Below are positions 8,667 through 19,100 of a DNA stretch of 64,000 nt, piece after piece. Numbering within the stretch: position 1 is the first letter of the stretch; each line of letters opens with the position of its first letter. The notes under the pieces were generated by a model, which saw only the letters and a list, made by a program, of their open reading frames with translations, made no database searches and had not been told where the DNA came from. Source of the DNA: Candidatus Gygaella obscura (GTDB taxonomy: Bacteria > Omnitrophota > Gorgyraeia > Gygaellales > Gygaellaceae); NCBI GenBank assembly GCA_030765485.1, contig JAVCCR010000003.1:4653-68652 (forward strand), written 5' to 3'. The position numbers and the translations under genes were made by a program.

Positions 8667-11494
8667 CGAAAAATAAGAAAATCATTAAGATAGAGTCTTT
8701 GCTTACCTGTTTTCTTCTTTGTGTTAATATTCTTCTTCTCTGGCAGGTACTTTCTCCAAATTCATTCTACTTTTTATGTATAATTATCGCAGGTTTTTTC
8801 TTTAGTAGCTATCTCCAACAGCGTGCGGGTAAGGTTTTGAATATTATAGTGAATCTATCGGTACTTGCTGTTTTTGTATTCCTTGTCATCTCCGTAATGA
8901 ACTCCTCATTTATATATAAAGATGTTGTTGAAATTTTTGTTAAAAAGATATTCTTGATTTTGATTATTTTTTCATTTGCTTCATCATTGGTAGGGTATCT
9001 ATCCTATATACAAGTCTTGAGCGCCTGCGTATTAATTGCTCACGCACTTTTTATTAGCAGCTATACACTTATGGTATTTTCTTTTGTTATTGTCTATTTG
9101 CTGATTTGGGTTTTGATTATGAGAGTAAAACTATATGGATATTTTTGCGATTCCGAGGAAATCAAGGGTAAAAAATATTATTCTTTGTTGATGTCGGTAT
9201 TATTTCTTGCGATCGCCCTTGCTTTAGCATGGGTATTATTAATTAGGTTTCCTATAGGAAAATTCGATAATTTTGCTTTATTGCTTCATCCTAATGAAGC
9301 AGTTAAGGCTGAGTTTCTTGCAACAGAAAGCGAAAAGGAATTTTCACAATTAGAAGAAGAGTTAGTGGAGAAAGTAGTGAAGTTTATCTCCGAATCAAAC
9401 TATGGAACTATCGGGGATAAAGAGTTAAGCTTGGCTTTATTTAATAAGCTTACCAATCAATCTGTCACTTCTTTAGAAGTCCTCCAGGCAGAAGACGGGC
9501 TTATAGATATGCTAAAAAGAATTGGCCCCGGCATTGAAAAGGGGAAGGATAATTTAGAATTGATTCTAAAGCAATATCTGAAATCAAAATTAAATTTAAA
9601 TCTGAGTAGCCATTCGAAAAGCATGATGAACAGATTCAATATGAACCCGCTTGACGTATTAGATAAGTTACTTAACATGAATCGTGTTAACAGGCTTAAT
9701 TCCAGTCGTTCGTTGGGAGAGCTTCTAAAAAACAATGAGAAACTGATGAATGAAATCGAGAGTAAACAGATCAATTTACAGGAGGCGAGTAAAATAGAAG
9801 ATTCGATTGATGACTTTAGGGATAGTAAGCTCGAAGAGCTTTATAGAAAGAAAAAAGAAGAATTAGAGACTGCTCTTGATGAATTAAAGGGTGAAAAATT
9901 CAAATTAGAATCTTTAGTCCCTCAGCAGAAAAGCCTAATAGAAGAAAAGATGCCGATAAAGCCAGATGGTAAGTTGGAAGACTTAGAGTTCGCCATTAAA
10001 AGTTTTCAAGATCTGCTGGATAGGGTAGATCAGGCGCTTAAGTTGGATGATTTTAAGGGTATTGAAAAGGTAATTAAAGAAAAAGAAGAAAGGAATACAG
10101 CTGCGCTCAAGCAGTACTTAGAAAATTTTATTGAGCTTTCCGATATCAAGCTATCTATTGTCAACGAACACATAAAAGCAGTAATAGATGAAAAATTACA
10201 TAATTCTGATATGCCAGAGTATTTTCAAAATGAAATCAACCATTCTTTAGGGAAGCTGATTTTAGTTTCTGAGGGTAAGCAGTTTAAACGCCAAACGCTG
10301 GAAACAAGTGAAAAACTCGAAAACAATAAGACCGATGCCGAAAAAGAAATAAAACAGTTGATAGTAGGTAAAGCATTTATTTTATCTAAAAGCAGTAGAA
10401 GAGAGCTTAAAAACAGTTTCAAGGAAAACCTCTCCGGGCAGGTGTCTAATCAATCTGTTAATGATTTAGTAAGATCTGTTGATCAGCTTGAGAGTATCAA
10501 TAACTTGAATATATTGTCTCAGCGCATAGAACAGCTTAATGATTATTTAAGTCAGCTAAGCAGCAAAGGACAATTATTGAAAAAAACCGAAGAAGAACAA
10601 AAGGATATTTTGGACAATCTTTATGATGTGTTATCAGCAAGAATTATTTCACAAAAGGATATTGTAGATACAGGGATAAGAGATGTTGCTAAAAAACAAG
10701 ATTCATTCGAACGACTATTAGAAGAAGACACGATGGAAAGTAGCATTAGGGATTTTCTGAAAGATATTAAAATGGAAATAGATACTGCAGATAAATTTTT
10801 AGAGATAGAAATGCTATTAGAACGGATTGATAAACTTAGTGATATTACTAAGAATAAACTCAAGGAAGAGCATTTAAATACAATACAGCAAAATCTTATA
10901 CAGAGAACGCAGATACAGAAAGCTTTTATAAGACAGAATATTAAGACTCAATTGCAGGAAAAGCTGGATTTATTGAGAAAGTTAAATCCCGAGAGCGCTA
11001 AGATAGTAGGTAAATTAAAAGATAAGTTAGAAGAAAGCAGGACAGATGAACAGTTGAATAAGATACTTAGCGACATTAATTATCAAATAGAGCAAATCTC
11101 TGAATACGGACAGAATTTGCATTTGTTAGAAGCTGAAGATGAAGATTTATTAGAAAATCAAGTTGATGGATTTAGTGATGGGTTTGGGGATAGGGAATTA
11201 GCAGTTGTGCCTTCGAGTCTTGTTATGTCTATTGATTCTAGTGTGCAACCAAAAGCTTTTTTTATTTCCGGTAATATGTTTGTGACTGATGTTACGGAAA
11301 AATGTCAATGGATTTCGGCTAGTCCCGATATAGCATGGATAGATGAAAAAGGTATTCTTCACGCGATTAAGAAAGGTTCAGTTCGAATAAGAGCAAGGTT
11401 TAGAAGCGGTGTCAGTCCGGTAATAAATGTATTAGTTGTTGATAAAATGTTGTCGTCTGTAGAGTACTCTATAGAAAGAGAAATTGCTAAATAG
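8663..11494 (+). CDS. Polytopic membrane protein with long coiled-coil region and a C-terminal Ig-like (Big_2) domain
   Basis: About 6-7 TM helices in the first 200 aa, ~600 aa E/K/L/Q-rich helical region, C-terminal DVTEKCQWISASPDIAWIDEKG..A..KGSVRIRA Ig-like pattern. Confidence 0.7.
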   Translation: MTKNKKIIKIESLLTCFLLCVNILLLWQVLSPNSFYFLCIIIAGFFFSSYLQQRAGKVLNIIVNLSVLAVFVFLVISVMNSSFIYKDVVEIFVKKIFLILIIFSFASSLVGYLSYIQVLSACVLIAHALFISSYTLMVFSFVIVYLLIWVLIMRVKLYGYFCDSEEIKGKKYYSLLMSVLFLAIALALAWVLLIRFPIGKFDNFALLLHPNEAVKAEFLATESEKEFSQLEEELVEKVVKFISESNYGTIGDKELSLALFNKLTNQSVTSLEVLQAEDGLIDMLKRIGPGIEKGKDNLELILKQYLKSKLNLNLSSHSKSMMNRFNMNPLDVLDKLLNMNRVNRLNSSRSLGELLKNNEKLMNEIESKQINLQEASKIEDSIDDFRDSKLEELYRKKKEELETALDELKGEKFKLESLVPQQKSLIEEKMPIKPDGKLEDLEFAIKSFQDLLDRVDQALKLDDFKGIEKVIKEKEERNTAALKQYLENFIELSDIKLSIVNEHIKAVIDEKLHNSDMPEYFQNEINHSLGKLILVSEGKQFKRQTLETSEKLENNKTDAEKEIKQLIVGKAFILSKSSRRELKNSFKENLSGQVSNQSVNDLVRSVDQLESINNLNILSQRIEQLNDYLSQLSSKGQLLKKTEEEQKDILDNLYDVLSARIISQKDIVDTGIRDVAKKQDSFERLLEEDTMESSIRDFLKDIKMEIDTADKFLEIEMLLERIDKLSDITKNKLKEEHLNTIQQNLIQRTQIQKAFIRQNIKTQLQEKLDLLRKLNPESAKIVGKLKDKLEESRTDEQLNKILSDINYQIEQISEYGQNLHLLEAEDEDLLENQVDGFSDGFGDRELAVVPSSLVMSIDSSVQPKAFFISGNMFVTDVTEKCQWISASPDIAWIDEKGILHAIKKGSVRIRARFRSGVSPVINVLVVDKMLSSVEYSIEREIAK

Positions 11495-11500
11495 TCCTAA

Positions 11501-13660
11501 ATGAGAAGAGCTAAATTTCTAATAGTTTCGGTTTTGTTATTTCTAATTTGTCTTTGCGCTTCTGCACAGTCGGATTATGAGATAGAAAATACTTCTTCAG
11601 GGAAGGTGGTTGTTGGTTTGACGCAGGCTCAAGCCTTGGATAAGTTTGGAAATCCGGATTCCGTTAAGGGGAATGTTTGGTATTACGGGCTGGATAATCC
11701 TTTTTATGTTTATTTTGAGAATCCGGTTTATCTTTATCCGGAAAAAATTGTTGTTGCTCTTGGTTCACCTATAGAGCTAAAGGTTTTGTTGAATAGGTTT
11801 GATGAAGGGGTAATTGATGTTACCCAGGATTGCGAATTTATTGTAAGCGATACGGAAGCACTGATTATTGATGCAAAAAACGTAATATTTCCTCAAAGGG
11901 CAGGGAATTACCAGATATTTGCAAAGCATAAGAAGCTAATAACAAATATATGTACAGTTAAAGTAGAGGCAACCCGGGAAGTACAAAAAAATATAGCTCT
12001 TCAACAGATAGTGATTTTTCCCTATAATCCACAGATTGTCGAAAATCAAAGAGTTCAATTTTCCGCATTCGGTGTTTTTCAGAATAACGATCAAAAGAAA
12101 GTATATATAGAAGATATATCCAGTCGGGCAAGTTTTATGTTGAAAGATAAAGAAAAAATTATAAATCTAAAAAACAGGTTCGTTACATTCCCTACGGAAG
12201 GCAAATATGAACTCTTCTGTAGCTACCGGGATACTGTAAGCGATCCTAATGAGATTATAGTTTATGGCGATGAAGAATCTCCAGGCGCAAGAGATGACCT
12301 AAAACAAATTATTGCTTTTCCTGAATATGTTGTTGTCAGACCAGATTACTTATTGGAATTCAAGGCATTTGCGAGCTATATGGATAATAATTTTGACGAT
12401 GTTACCTATAGAACAGATTGGTTTGTGAAAGATAAGGATATTGTTTCTATCATAGATAAAGGTAAATTCCTGACCAAGAGACCCGGCATTACAGAAATTA
12501 TCGCGACTAAGAATCAGAAAGAAAGTCTACCATTGAAGATTGTTGTTACTCGTAAGGATGAAGTGACAATGCTGCCAGTCAGTAAAAAGGAGACCTCGGC
12601 AAGTCTAGAAGAATTGTTGCAGGAAACTAGAAGAGATATAGAGGGTTTTAAAGAAGATATTTCTTTGGAAGGAAGAAAGCTGCTTGCTGTAAAATTATCT
12701 AAAGATTATCTTGAGTTGGGCTTAGGACAGGAATTTGAGGTTAAGGCAACAGCAGTTTATGATGATAACAAGGAAGAAGACGTGACTTTTCTCGGGAAAT
12801 GGTCTAGCTCTCAAGAGAAAATTGCCTCTATAACAAAGGGAAGAATAAAAGCTTTAAAAACAGGAAGCACATTGGTTAATTGTGAATATCAAAACGTAAG
12901 AAGTTCGTCATTGGCAGTAAATGTTGATAAGGAAAAGCTGATTTCTATATCTTTGAAACCTCAGGTTATCGAGCTTGAGATGACTGAAACTATACCGCTA
13001 ACTGCAGAAGGTTTTTACAGTGATGATTCCAAACGTGATATCACCGCACTTGTAGATTGGCATGTAGAGAACAAAGGGCTAGTTACTGTTTTTGGAGAAG
13101 GCAAACTTTTACCCAGAGCTTCAGGTAACACAACTTTATTCGCGCAATATCTAGATGTTAAAAGTTTATCTATTTCGATATCAATAAGATATGGTTTGAA
13201 GTGGATTATTTGGCAGATTGCCAAACTTATAATGGTTTTAATTGGACTTAGTCTGATTATATTTATAATAATGTATATTTCAAGAGAAGCACAGAAAGCA
13301 AAATTATTAATTCTTATGGATAGAGACCCCAGACAATTTGTAATAAAGCTGTATGAAAACATAAGTCGGTTGCTTCAGCTTGTGGGTTCACGTCCTCTAA
13401 AAGGAGATGCCTATTTGGCATTTGCTGTGCAAGTCCAGAATAAATATCAGATAAAAGATAATTGTTTTTTGAGCATAGTGGAGATTTTTGAGAAGGCGAA
13501 GTTTAGTAGCTACGATATCTCAAAAGAGCGGGCGGAAACTGTTTTAAATGCCTACAATTTATTTTTGTTTTCTTTGTTAGCAAGGCTTAATAAACTAGAA
13601 AAAGCAATTCTGAATGCTAAGGCTGTTTATTTTAGGACTATTCTTCAGCTAAGAAAATAG
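11501..13660 (+). CDS. Exported Ig-like (Big_2) repeat protein with TM anchor and DUF4129-like tail
   Basis: Signal peptide; five repeats with D(V/I)(T/S)...W/F...G.T.I.A pattern; TM near aa 570-593; tail LYENISRLL...FEKAKFS resembles DUF4129. Confidence 0.7.
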   Translation: MRRAKFLIVSVLLFLICLCASAQSDYEIENTSSGKVVVGLTQAQALDKFGNPDSVKGNVWYYGLDNPFYVYFENPVYLYPEKIVVALGSPIELKVLLNRFDEGVIDVTQDCEFIVSDTEALIIDAKNVIFPQRAGNYQIFAKHKKLITNICTVKVEATREVQKNIALQQIVIFPYNPQIVENQRVQFSAFGVFQNNDQKKVYIEDISSRASFMLKDKEKIINLKNRFVTFPTEGKYELFCSYRDTVSDPNEIIVYGDEESPGARDDLKQIIAFPEYVVVRPDYLLEFKAFASYMDNNFDDVTYRTDWFVKDKDIVSIIDKGKFLTKRPGITEIIATKNQKESLPLKIVVTRKDEVTMLPVSKKETSASLEELLQETRRDIEGFKEDISLEGRKLLAVKLSKDYLELGLGQEFEVKATAVYDDNKEEDVTFLGKWSSSQEKIASITKGRIKALKTGSTLVNCEYQNVRSSSLAVNVDKEKLISISLKPQVIELEMTETIPLTAEGFYSDDSKRDITALVDWHVENKGLVTVFGEGKLLPRASGNTTLFAQYLDVKSLSISISIRYGLKWIIWQIAKLIMVLIGLSLIIFIIMYISREAQKAKLLILMDRDPRQFVIKLYENISRLLQLVGSRPLKGDAYLAFAVQVQNKYQIKDNCFLSIVEIFEKAKFSSYDISKERAETVLNAYNLFLFSLLARLNKLEKAILNAKAVYFRTILQLRK

Positions 13661-13661
13661 T

Positions 13662-14084
13662 TTAATTGCCTTGCGATTTGTCGATCAAGGCGTTGATTCT
13701 TGAAATAAGCGGCCAGAATTTATCAGTCTGTCTTATGTCAATATGGTCTTTTTTCTCTCCCTTGATGACCGCATCAAGTTCTCTTAAAATCCTATCAAAA
13801 GAACCGATTAATTTATGTGTTTGTTTATACACAACCAAAAGAATCAAGGCAATTGAACCCGGGGCGAGGAATAAAAGAACAATACTTACCTGTTCTGCGA
13901 TTATAATTGGGTCTATATTAAAAGGCAGGATGAAATCTTCGCCGATTACAGAAAATACCAAAAAATAAAGACACAGGCTTACAATTAAGGTAGGCAGTAG
14001 GGCAACAAGGAAAATTAAATTTAAGATGTCTTTTTGGAACTGGTTTGCATAGAATGTTTTTCTTCTCTCTGTATTTTTAGCCAT
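13662..14084 (-). CDS. Small 2-TM membrane protein with HAMP-like C-terminus
   Basis: Two hydrophobic helices then THKLIGSFDRI...IRQTDKF...INAL; ATG 14084 follows AAGGGG RBS; the longer ORF-track start overlaps a -10 box. Confidence 0.7.
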   Translation of the reverse strand: MAKNTERRKTFYANQFQKDILNLIFLVALLPTLIVSLCLYFLVFSVIGEDFILPFNIDPIIIAEQVSIVLLFLAPGSIALILLVVYKQTHKLIGSFDRILRELDAVIKGEKKDHIDIRQTDKFWPLISRINALIDKSQGN

Positions 14085-14121
14085 TTTTTTATTCCCCTTT
14101 TTAAAATTGTTTATAGTCATC

Positions 14122-14150
14122 ATTTTATGCTAAAAGTTATCTATGGTCAA
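14122..14150 (-). promoter_or_regulatory. Sigma70-type promoter of the 14084 gene
   Basis: TTGACC-17 bp-TAAAAT on the minus strand. Confidence 0.6.
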
Positions 14151-14166
14151 ACATTTTAATCAGCAC

Positions 14167-14195
14167 TTGACAAAAGAGTTGTAACAGGTTATACT
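14167..14195 (+). promoter_or_regulatory. Sigma70-type promoter of marR-tolC-RND
   Basis: TTGACA-17 bp-TATACT. Confidence 0.8.
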
Positions 14196-14205
14196 TTGGT
14201 TGGTG

Positions 14206-14228
14206 AATAGTTAAGAACATTAACTATT
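14206..14228. promoter_or_regulatory. Palindromic operator, probable MarR site
   Basis: Perfect inverted repeat AATAGTTAA-gaaca-TTAACTATT between the -10 box and the AGGAGG RBS. Confidence 0.7.
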
Positions 14229-14241
14229 AGGAGGTTTAAAT

Positions 14242-14700
14242 ATGAGAGACAAACAGATTAATAGTTTTGCGGATAAGATGTGTGAGGTCATTCCTGATAT
14301 TGCTCGGGAGGTTGCCAAAAGAGAAGCCAAAAGTATTCTTCATACCAAGGTCAGTATTTCCCAGCTGTTTTTACTGGAGCTGTTGGTTAAAACCGGAGAT
14401 ATGCCTATGTCCAAGATTGCCAGGGAAATGGGATTATCTCTTCCGGCAATAACAGGTATTACTGATAAACTGGTAAGGGATAATTTTGTGATAAGACTAT
14501 CTAGTCCTAAGGACAGGAGAGTAATCCTTATAAGGGTTACACTAAAAGGGAAAGAAGCAGTTGAGAAAATAAACAATATTAGAAGAAAATTTATATTTAA
14601 TAGTTTCGCTAAGCTAACGGCCAAAGAAAGAAACACTTATCTTGCGATAATTACAAAATTGCGCAATGTTTTAAAAGACAAAAGCGATAAGGAAAAATGA
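14242..14700 (+). CDS. MarR family transcriptional regulator
   Basis: wHTH with ITGITDKLV and DRRVILIRVTLKG. Confidence 0.92.
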   Translation: MRDKQINSFADKMCEVIPDIAREVAKREAKSILHTKVSISQLFLLELLVKTGDMPMSKIAREMGLSLPAITGITDKLVRDNFVIRLSSPKDRRVILIRVTLKGKEAVEKINNIRRKFIFNSFAKLTAKERNTYLAIITKLRNVLKDKSDKEK

Positions 14701-16172
14701 AAAATAAGACTGTATTTATTATTGTTGGGTTATTGTTGATATGCAATATTTCTTTTAGTGAGGAAGCTGTTATAGAAAAAATTTTATTTGAGCTTTCCTT
14801 AGCTGATGTCTCAAGAATTGCCATAGAAAATAATCTGGATATTCAGATAGCAAAGTACGATGCCTATATTAAAAGAACTGATGATTTAAGCAGTCGCTCG
14901 ATATATGATACGATTTTTAGTGCTTCGGCATCTTACAAAAATGATGAATTGGCTTCTTCAAGTTCTTTGGCTGCTGGCAAAACTACAACGCGTGATTATG
15001 GCGTAGGGGTTTCTAAAAAAACATCTACAGGAACTACAATAGGAGTAGATTTAGAAAACCAGCGTGTAGACACCGATTCTAGTCTCGTAAGCATAAACCC
15101 CAGCAATGAAGCAAGTGCAAAATTTTCCCTGAAACAAGAATTGGGTAAGAATTTTTTTGGCTTAAAAGATAGATCAGATATAAAAATTACCAAGTTTGAA
15201 ATTCTTAATTCCGATTATACTTCTTTGGATAAAATCGAAGATGTGTTATTGTCCGTTCAGAAAGCCTATTGGAAACTGGCTTATCTTTATGAAGAGCTTG
15301 AGGTAAGGAAAGATATGCTTAAAAAAGCAAAGAAGCTAATGACTATCTATGATGATAAGTATACATTGGGGTTAGTGGAAGATCCTGATTTATTTGCTGC
15401 CCGGGCCAATGTATTATCAAGAAAGAACGAACTTAATATAACAAAAAAACAACTTGAGCTTGCCAATAGTAATTTATTGTTAAGGCTCAATGAAGAAAAT
15501 GAAGCCTTGGATGTATTGACTAAAGATAAAATAAAATTTAAAGTTTGTGATGTTGATTTGAATGAATCTTTAGAGCAGGCAGTTTTACATAGAAGGGATT
15601 ATGCACGGGGAAAAAACAATATAAAGGCAAAAAACATTAATCTGGTAATGAAAAAGAACAATCTTTGGCCTGAGATAGATTTAAGCGCAAGTTTGGCTAA
15701 AAACGGAATTGATAGTTCTTATAGCGAAGCCTTATCTTCAATTAACAAATCAGACAATAAAGAATTTTATGTCGGTCTTACGATAAAGATTCCTTTTGAG
15801 AATTCAAACGCCCGAGCCCAGCTTAGCAAGGCCCGTTTAGAAAAAGCAAAATATTTGGCTTCTTTGAAACAGATAGAACGAAAGATTTTAATAGAGATAA
15901 ATGATAAAATAACAATTTTGAATTCTCTTTTAAATCAAGTTGATACCAGCGTCAGCATTGTTGACTTGCAGCAGCAAAAGCTTGCGGCCGAAGAAGATAG
16001 ATTTAATGTAGGTAGATCTTCCAGTGATATTTTAATCAGGTATCAGGAGGATTTGCTTAACGCAAGGTTATCTTTAGTTGGTTATATTTACGAATATGAA
16101 TTAGCAAAAATAGATTTATTAAAGAGCGAAGGTGTTTTATTAAATGAGTATGTAAAAGGCGAAGTATTATGA
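14697..16172 (+). CDS. TolC family outer membrane efflux protein
   Basis: Signal peptide, AIENNLDI, WPEIDLSAS, EEDRFNVG repeats typical of OEP domains. Confidence 0.88.
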   Translation: MKNKTVFIIVGLLLICNISFSEEAVIEKILFELSLADVSRIAIENNLDIQIAKYDAYIKRTDDLSSRSIYDTIFSASASYKNDELASSSSLAAGKTTTRDYGVGVSKKTSTGTTIGVDLENQRVDTDSSLVSINPSNEASAKFSLKQELGKNFFGLKDRSDIKITKFEILNSDYTSLDKIEDVLLSVQKAYWKLAYLYEELEVRKDMLKKAKKLMTIYDDKYTLGLVEDPDLFAARANVLSRKNELNITKKQLELANSNLLLRLNEENEALDVLTKDKIKFKVCDVDLNESLEQAVLHRRDYARGKNNIKAKNINLVMKKNNLWPEIDLSASLAKNGIDSSYSEALSSINKSDNKEFYVGLTIKIPFENSNARAQLSKARLEKAKYLASLKQIERKILIEINDKITILNSLLNQVDTSVSIVDLQQQKLAAEEDRFNVGRSSSDILIRYQEDLLNARLSLVGYIYEYELAKIDLLKSEGVLLNEYVKGEVL

Positions 16173-19100
16173 AAATTATCGAATTCAGTGTAAAACATTC
16201 TTTGTTTGTTAATTTATTGTCCGCTCTCATTTTGATAGCTGGGGTTATTTCTATGTTTCAGTTGCGGCGTGAGGCATTTCCAGAGGTGTCTTTTGATATT
16301 GTTACTGTTGAAACAATTTATAGAGGAGCTTCGGCTGATGAAGTGGAAAAGTTAGTTACATCACCGTTAGAAAAAGAGCTTAAAAATGTTGATGATATCG
16401 ATGAGTTGAGTTCTTCTTCAAGGGAAGGTTATTCTTCGATTGCCTTGGAGCTTAATCCAGATTTAAATAAAAATGAAGTGATGAAAGTAGTTAATGATAT
16501 TCAAAAAGCAATAGACAGAGTAACAGATTTGCCTGATGGTGTAGATGATAAACCTTTGGTTACCGAGATAACCTCTCACGATATGCCCGCAATTAAGATT
16601 GCATTAAGCGGTAAACTCCTTGAAGCTCAGCTACGGGATTTAGCAGATAGACTTGAGGATAAAATTGAAAATATAGAAGGAGTTTCTAGTATAAGAAAGA
16701 CTGGTTGGCGAGATGAAGAATATTGGGTGGAGCCGGATATTCATAAGATGAAGGAATATCATGTTTCTATTGAGGAGATTATGCAGGCGCTTTCGAAAAG
16801 AAACGTCACCATTCCCGCAGGAAAATTACGTCTTAATGGACAGGAATTTATAATTAAGACAACAGGCGAATTTACCACAAAAGAGGATATTGAAAATGCT
16901 GTCATAAGGGCAAATGATCTTGGTAATTGGCTGCGAGTAAAGGATTTGGCAAATGTGCGTTATACATTTGAGGAGGAAAGCATTATTCATAAGACGTTAG
17001 GAACGCGCTCTATTACATTGGTAGTGCTTAAAAGAGAAAAAGGCGATGCAATCAAGATGGTTGCAAAAATAAAAGATGTTATCGAGGAGTTTAAGAAAGA
17101 TGTTCCTAAAGAACTTAAGATTTCTACACCTTATGATTTGTCCTACTATATTGAAAGAAGACTGAACGTATTAAAGAATAATGGAGCGATAGCTATAGTT
17201 CTCGTAGTTGTGGTTTTATTTTTATTTCTGCATCCTATGGCCGCACTTTTTACTTCTTTAGGTATACCCATTGCTATGCTGGCAACATTTTGGTACATGA
17301 ATTCTGTTGGCTTGAGTATTAATATGATTAGTATGTTTGGTTTAATCGTTGTTTTAGGTATGGTTGTTGATGATGGTATTATTATAAGCGAGAATGTATA
17401 TCGCTATTTCGAAAAGGGGATGTCGGCAGAAGAGGCTGCTATAAAGGGGGCAAATGAAGTTATGGCGCCGGTATTTGCCACAGTCATGACAACCTTTGCT
17501 GCCTTCAGTCCGCTTTTATTCATGTCTGGTTTAATCGGCAAGTTCGTTAAGCAGATTCCTCTGGTGGTAATTATTGCTTTAAGCGCTTCTTTGATTGAAG
17601 CATTTATAATCCTACCGAGCCATCTGGCTGGTTTTGTTAGAGCGAAAAAAGATCAAACAGAAGGTAGAATTACTAAAATAGGTAAGGCAATATTTAAAAG
17701 AGTAGCATATATTTATAATAAAATATTACTGAAGGCGCTTAATCATCGCTATAAATTCAGCATTGCTATTTTTATTATTTTTGTCGCCAGTATGGGTTAT
17801 GCCAAGTTTTTTATGCCTTTTTTGCTTTTTGGCTCTAAGGGCGTGGAACAGTTTCATATAAGGGCTGAAGCAAAACCAGGGATATCTTTATATAAGATGG
17901 AGGAATTGTTGCTCCCGGTTGAGGAATTGGTGGATAAGATGCCAAAAGAACACCTGGATTCCTATGAAACTTTGGTTGGTTCGATAACAGAGGAAAGAGG
18001 ATTTGACCCTAATGCCAAACAGGCCAGTAATGTTGCCCAGATTGAGGTGTATCTTACTCCTGCTCAACACCGGAAGGAGACGGCAAAGCAGATTATGGAT
18101 AGTATGCGTGATGATTTATCAAAGCTTAAAAATACCTTGCCGGAATTAGACAAGCTTTATTTTAAGGATTTTAAAGATGGTCCTCCTACGGGAAAGGCAA
18201 TCGATTTAAGGATTAGGGGAGATGAGTTTGATATTTTAAGAAATATTGCTGAAGAGATAAAAGATTATTTATATACATTAAAAGGAGTAAAGGATATTGA
18301 TGATAGCTACGATACAGGAAAAAGAGAATTACGTGTTATTATTGATGAGCAAAAGGCTGCCCAGGCATTCTTGACAATAGGAGAGGTTGCAACAAGTCTG
18401 CGTAATTCTTTTGAAGGAGGCATAGCTACAGAAATAACCCGTTCAAAGGCAGAGGAAAAAATAAAGGTTTTGGTTAGGCTCGCAGAAAAACAAAGGGATA
18501 AGAAGAGTGTATTTAACGAATTAGTAATTGTAAATAAATACAACAATTTAGTTCCTTTAAATTCTATTGCTACAATAGAAGAAGGTTGGGGCTTGACCTC
18601 CATAGAGCACTATGAAGGAGATCGCATTATAGCTGTAAGCGCAAGCGTGGATAATAAAAAGATGACTTCTAAAAAAGCAAATGATTTATTAAGACATAAA
18701 TTTAAGGATATCTCTAATCGTTATCCTGGTTATAGTATTAAGTATGCAGGTGAGGAGCAGGATAATATCGAGTCTATGCGTAGCCTTATTCAGGCTTTCG
18801 GTATTGCGTTTTTATTGATATTTTTGATTTTGGCAACTATTTTTAATTCTCTCATTCAGCCATTTGTGGTTATGCTTACGATTCCATTTGGTCTGGTGGG
18901 TGTAATCTTTGCTTTAAGCATTCATAATGAACCGATAAGTTTTCTGGCGATCATGGGAATTATTGGTTTATGCGGAGTTGTAGTTAATGATTCCATAATA
19001 TTTGTCGATTTTATCAATAAACTCAGAAAACAAGGTATTCAAAGGAGAGATTCTATAGTCCAGGCCGGTGCTTTAAGACTTAGACCGGTTATGCTTACTA

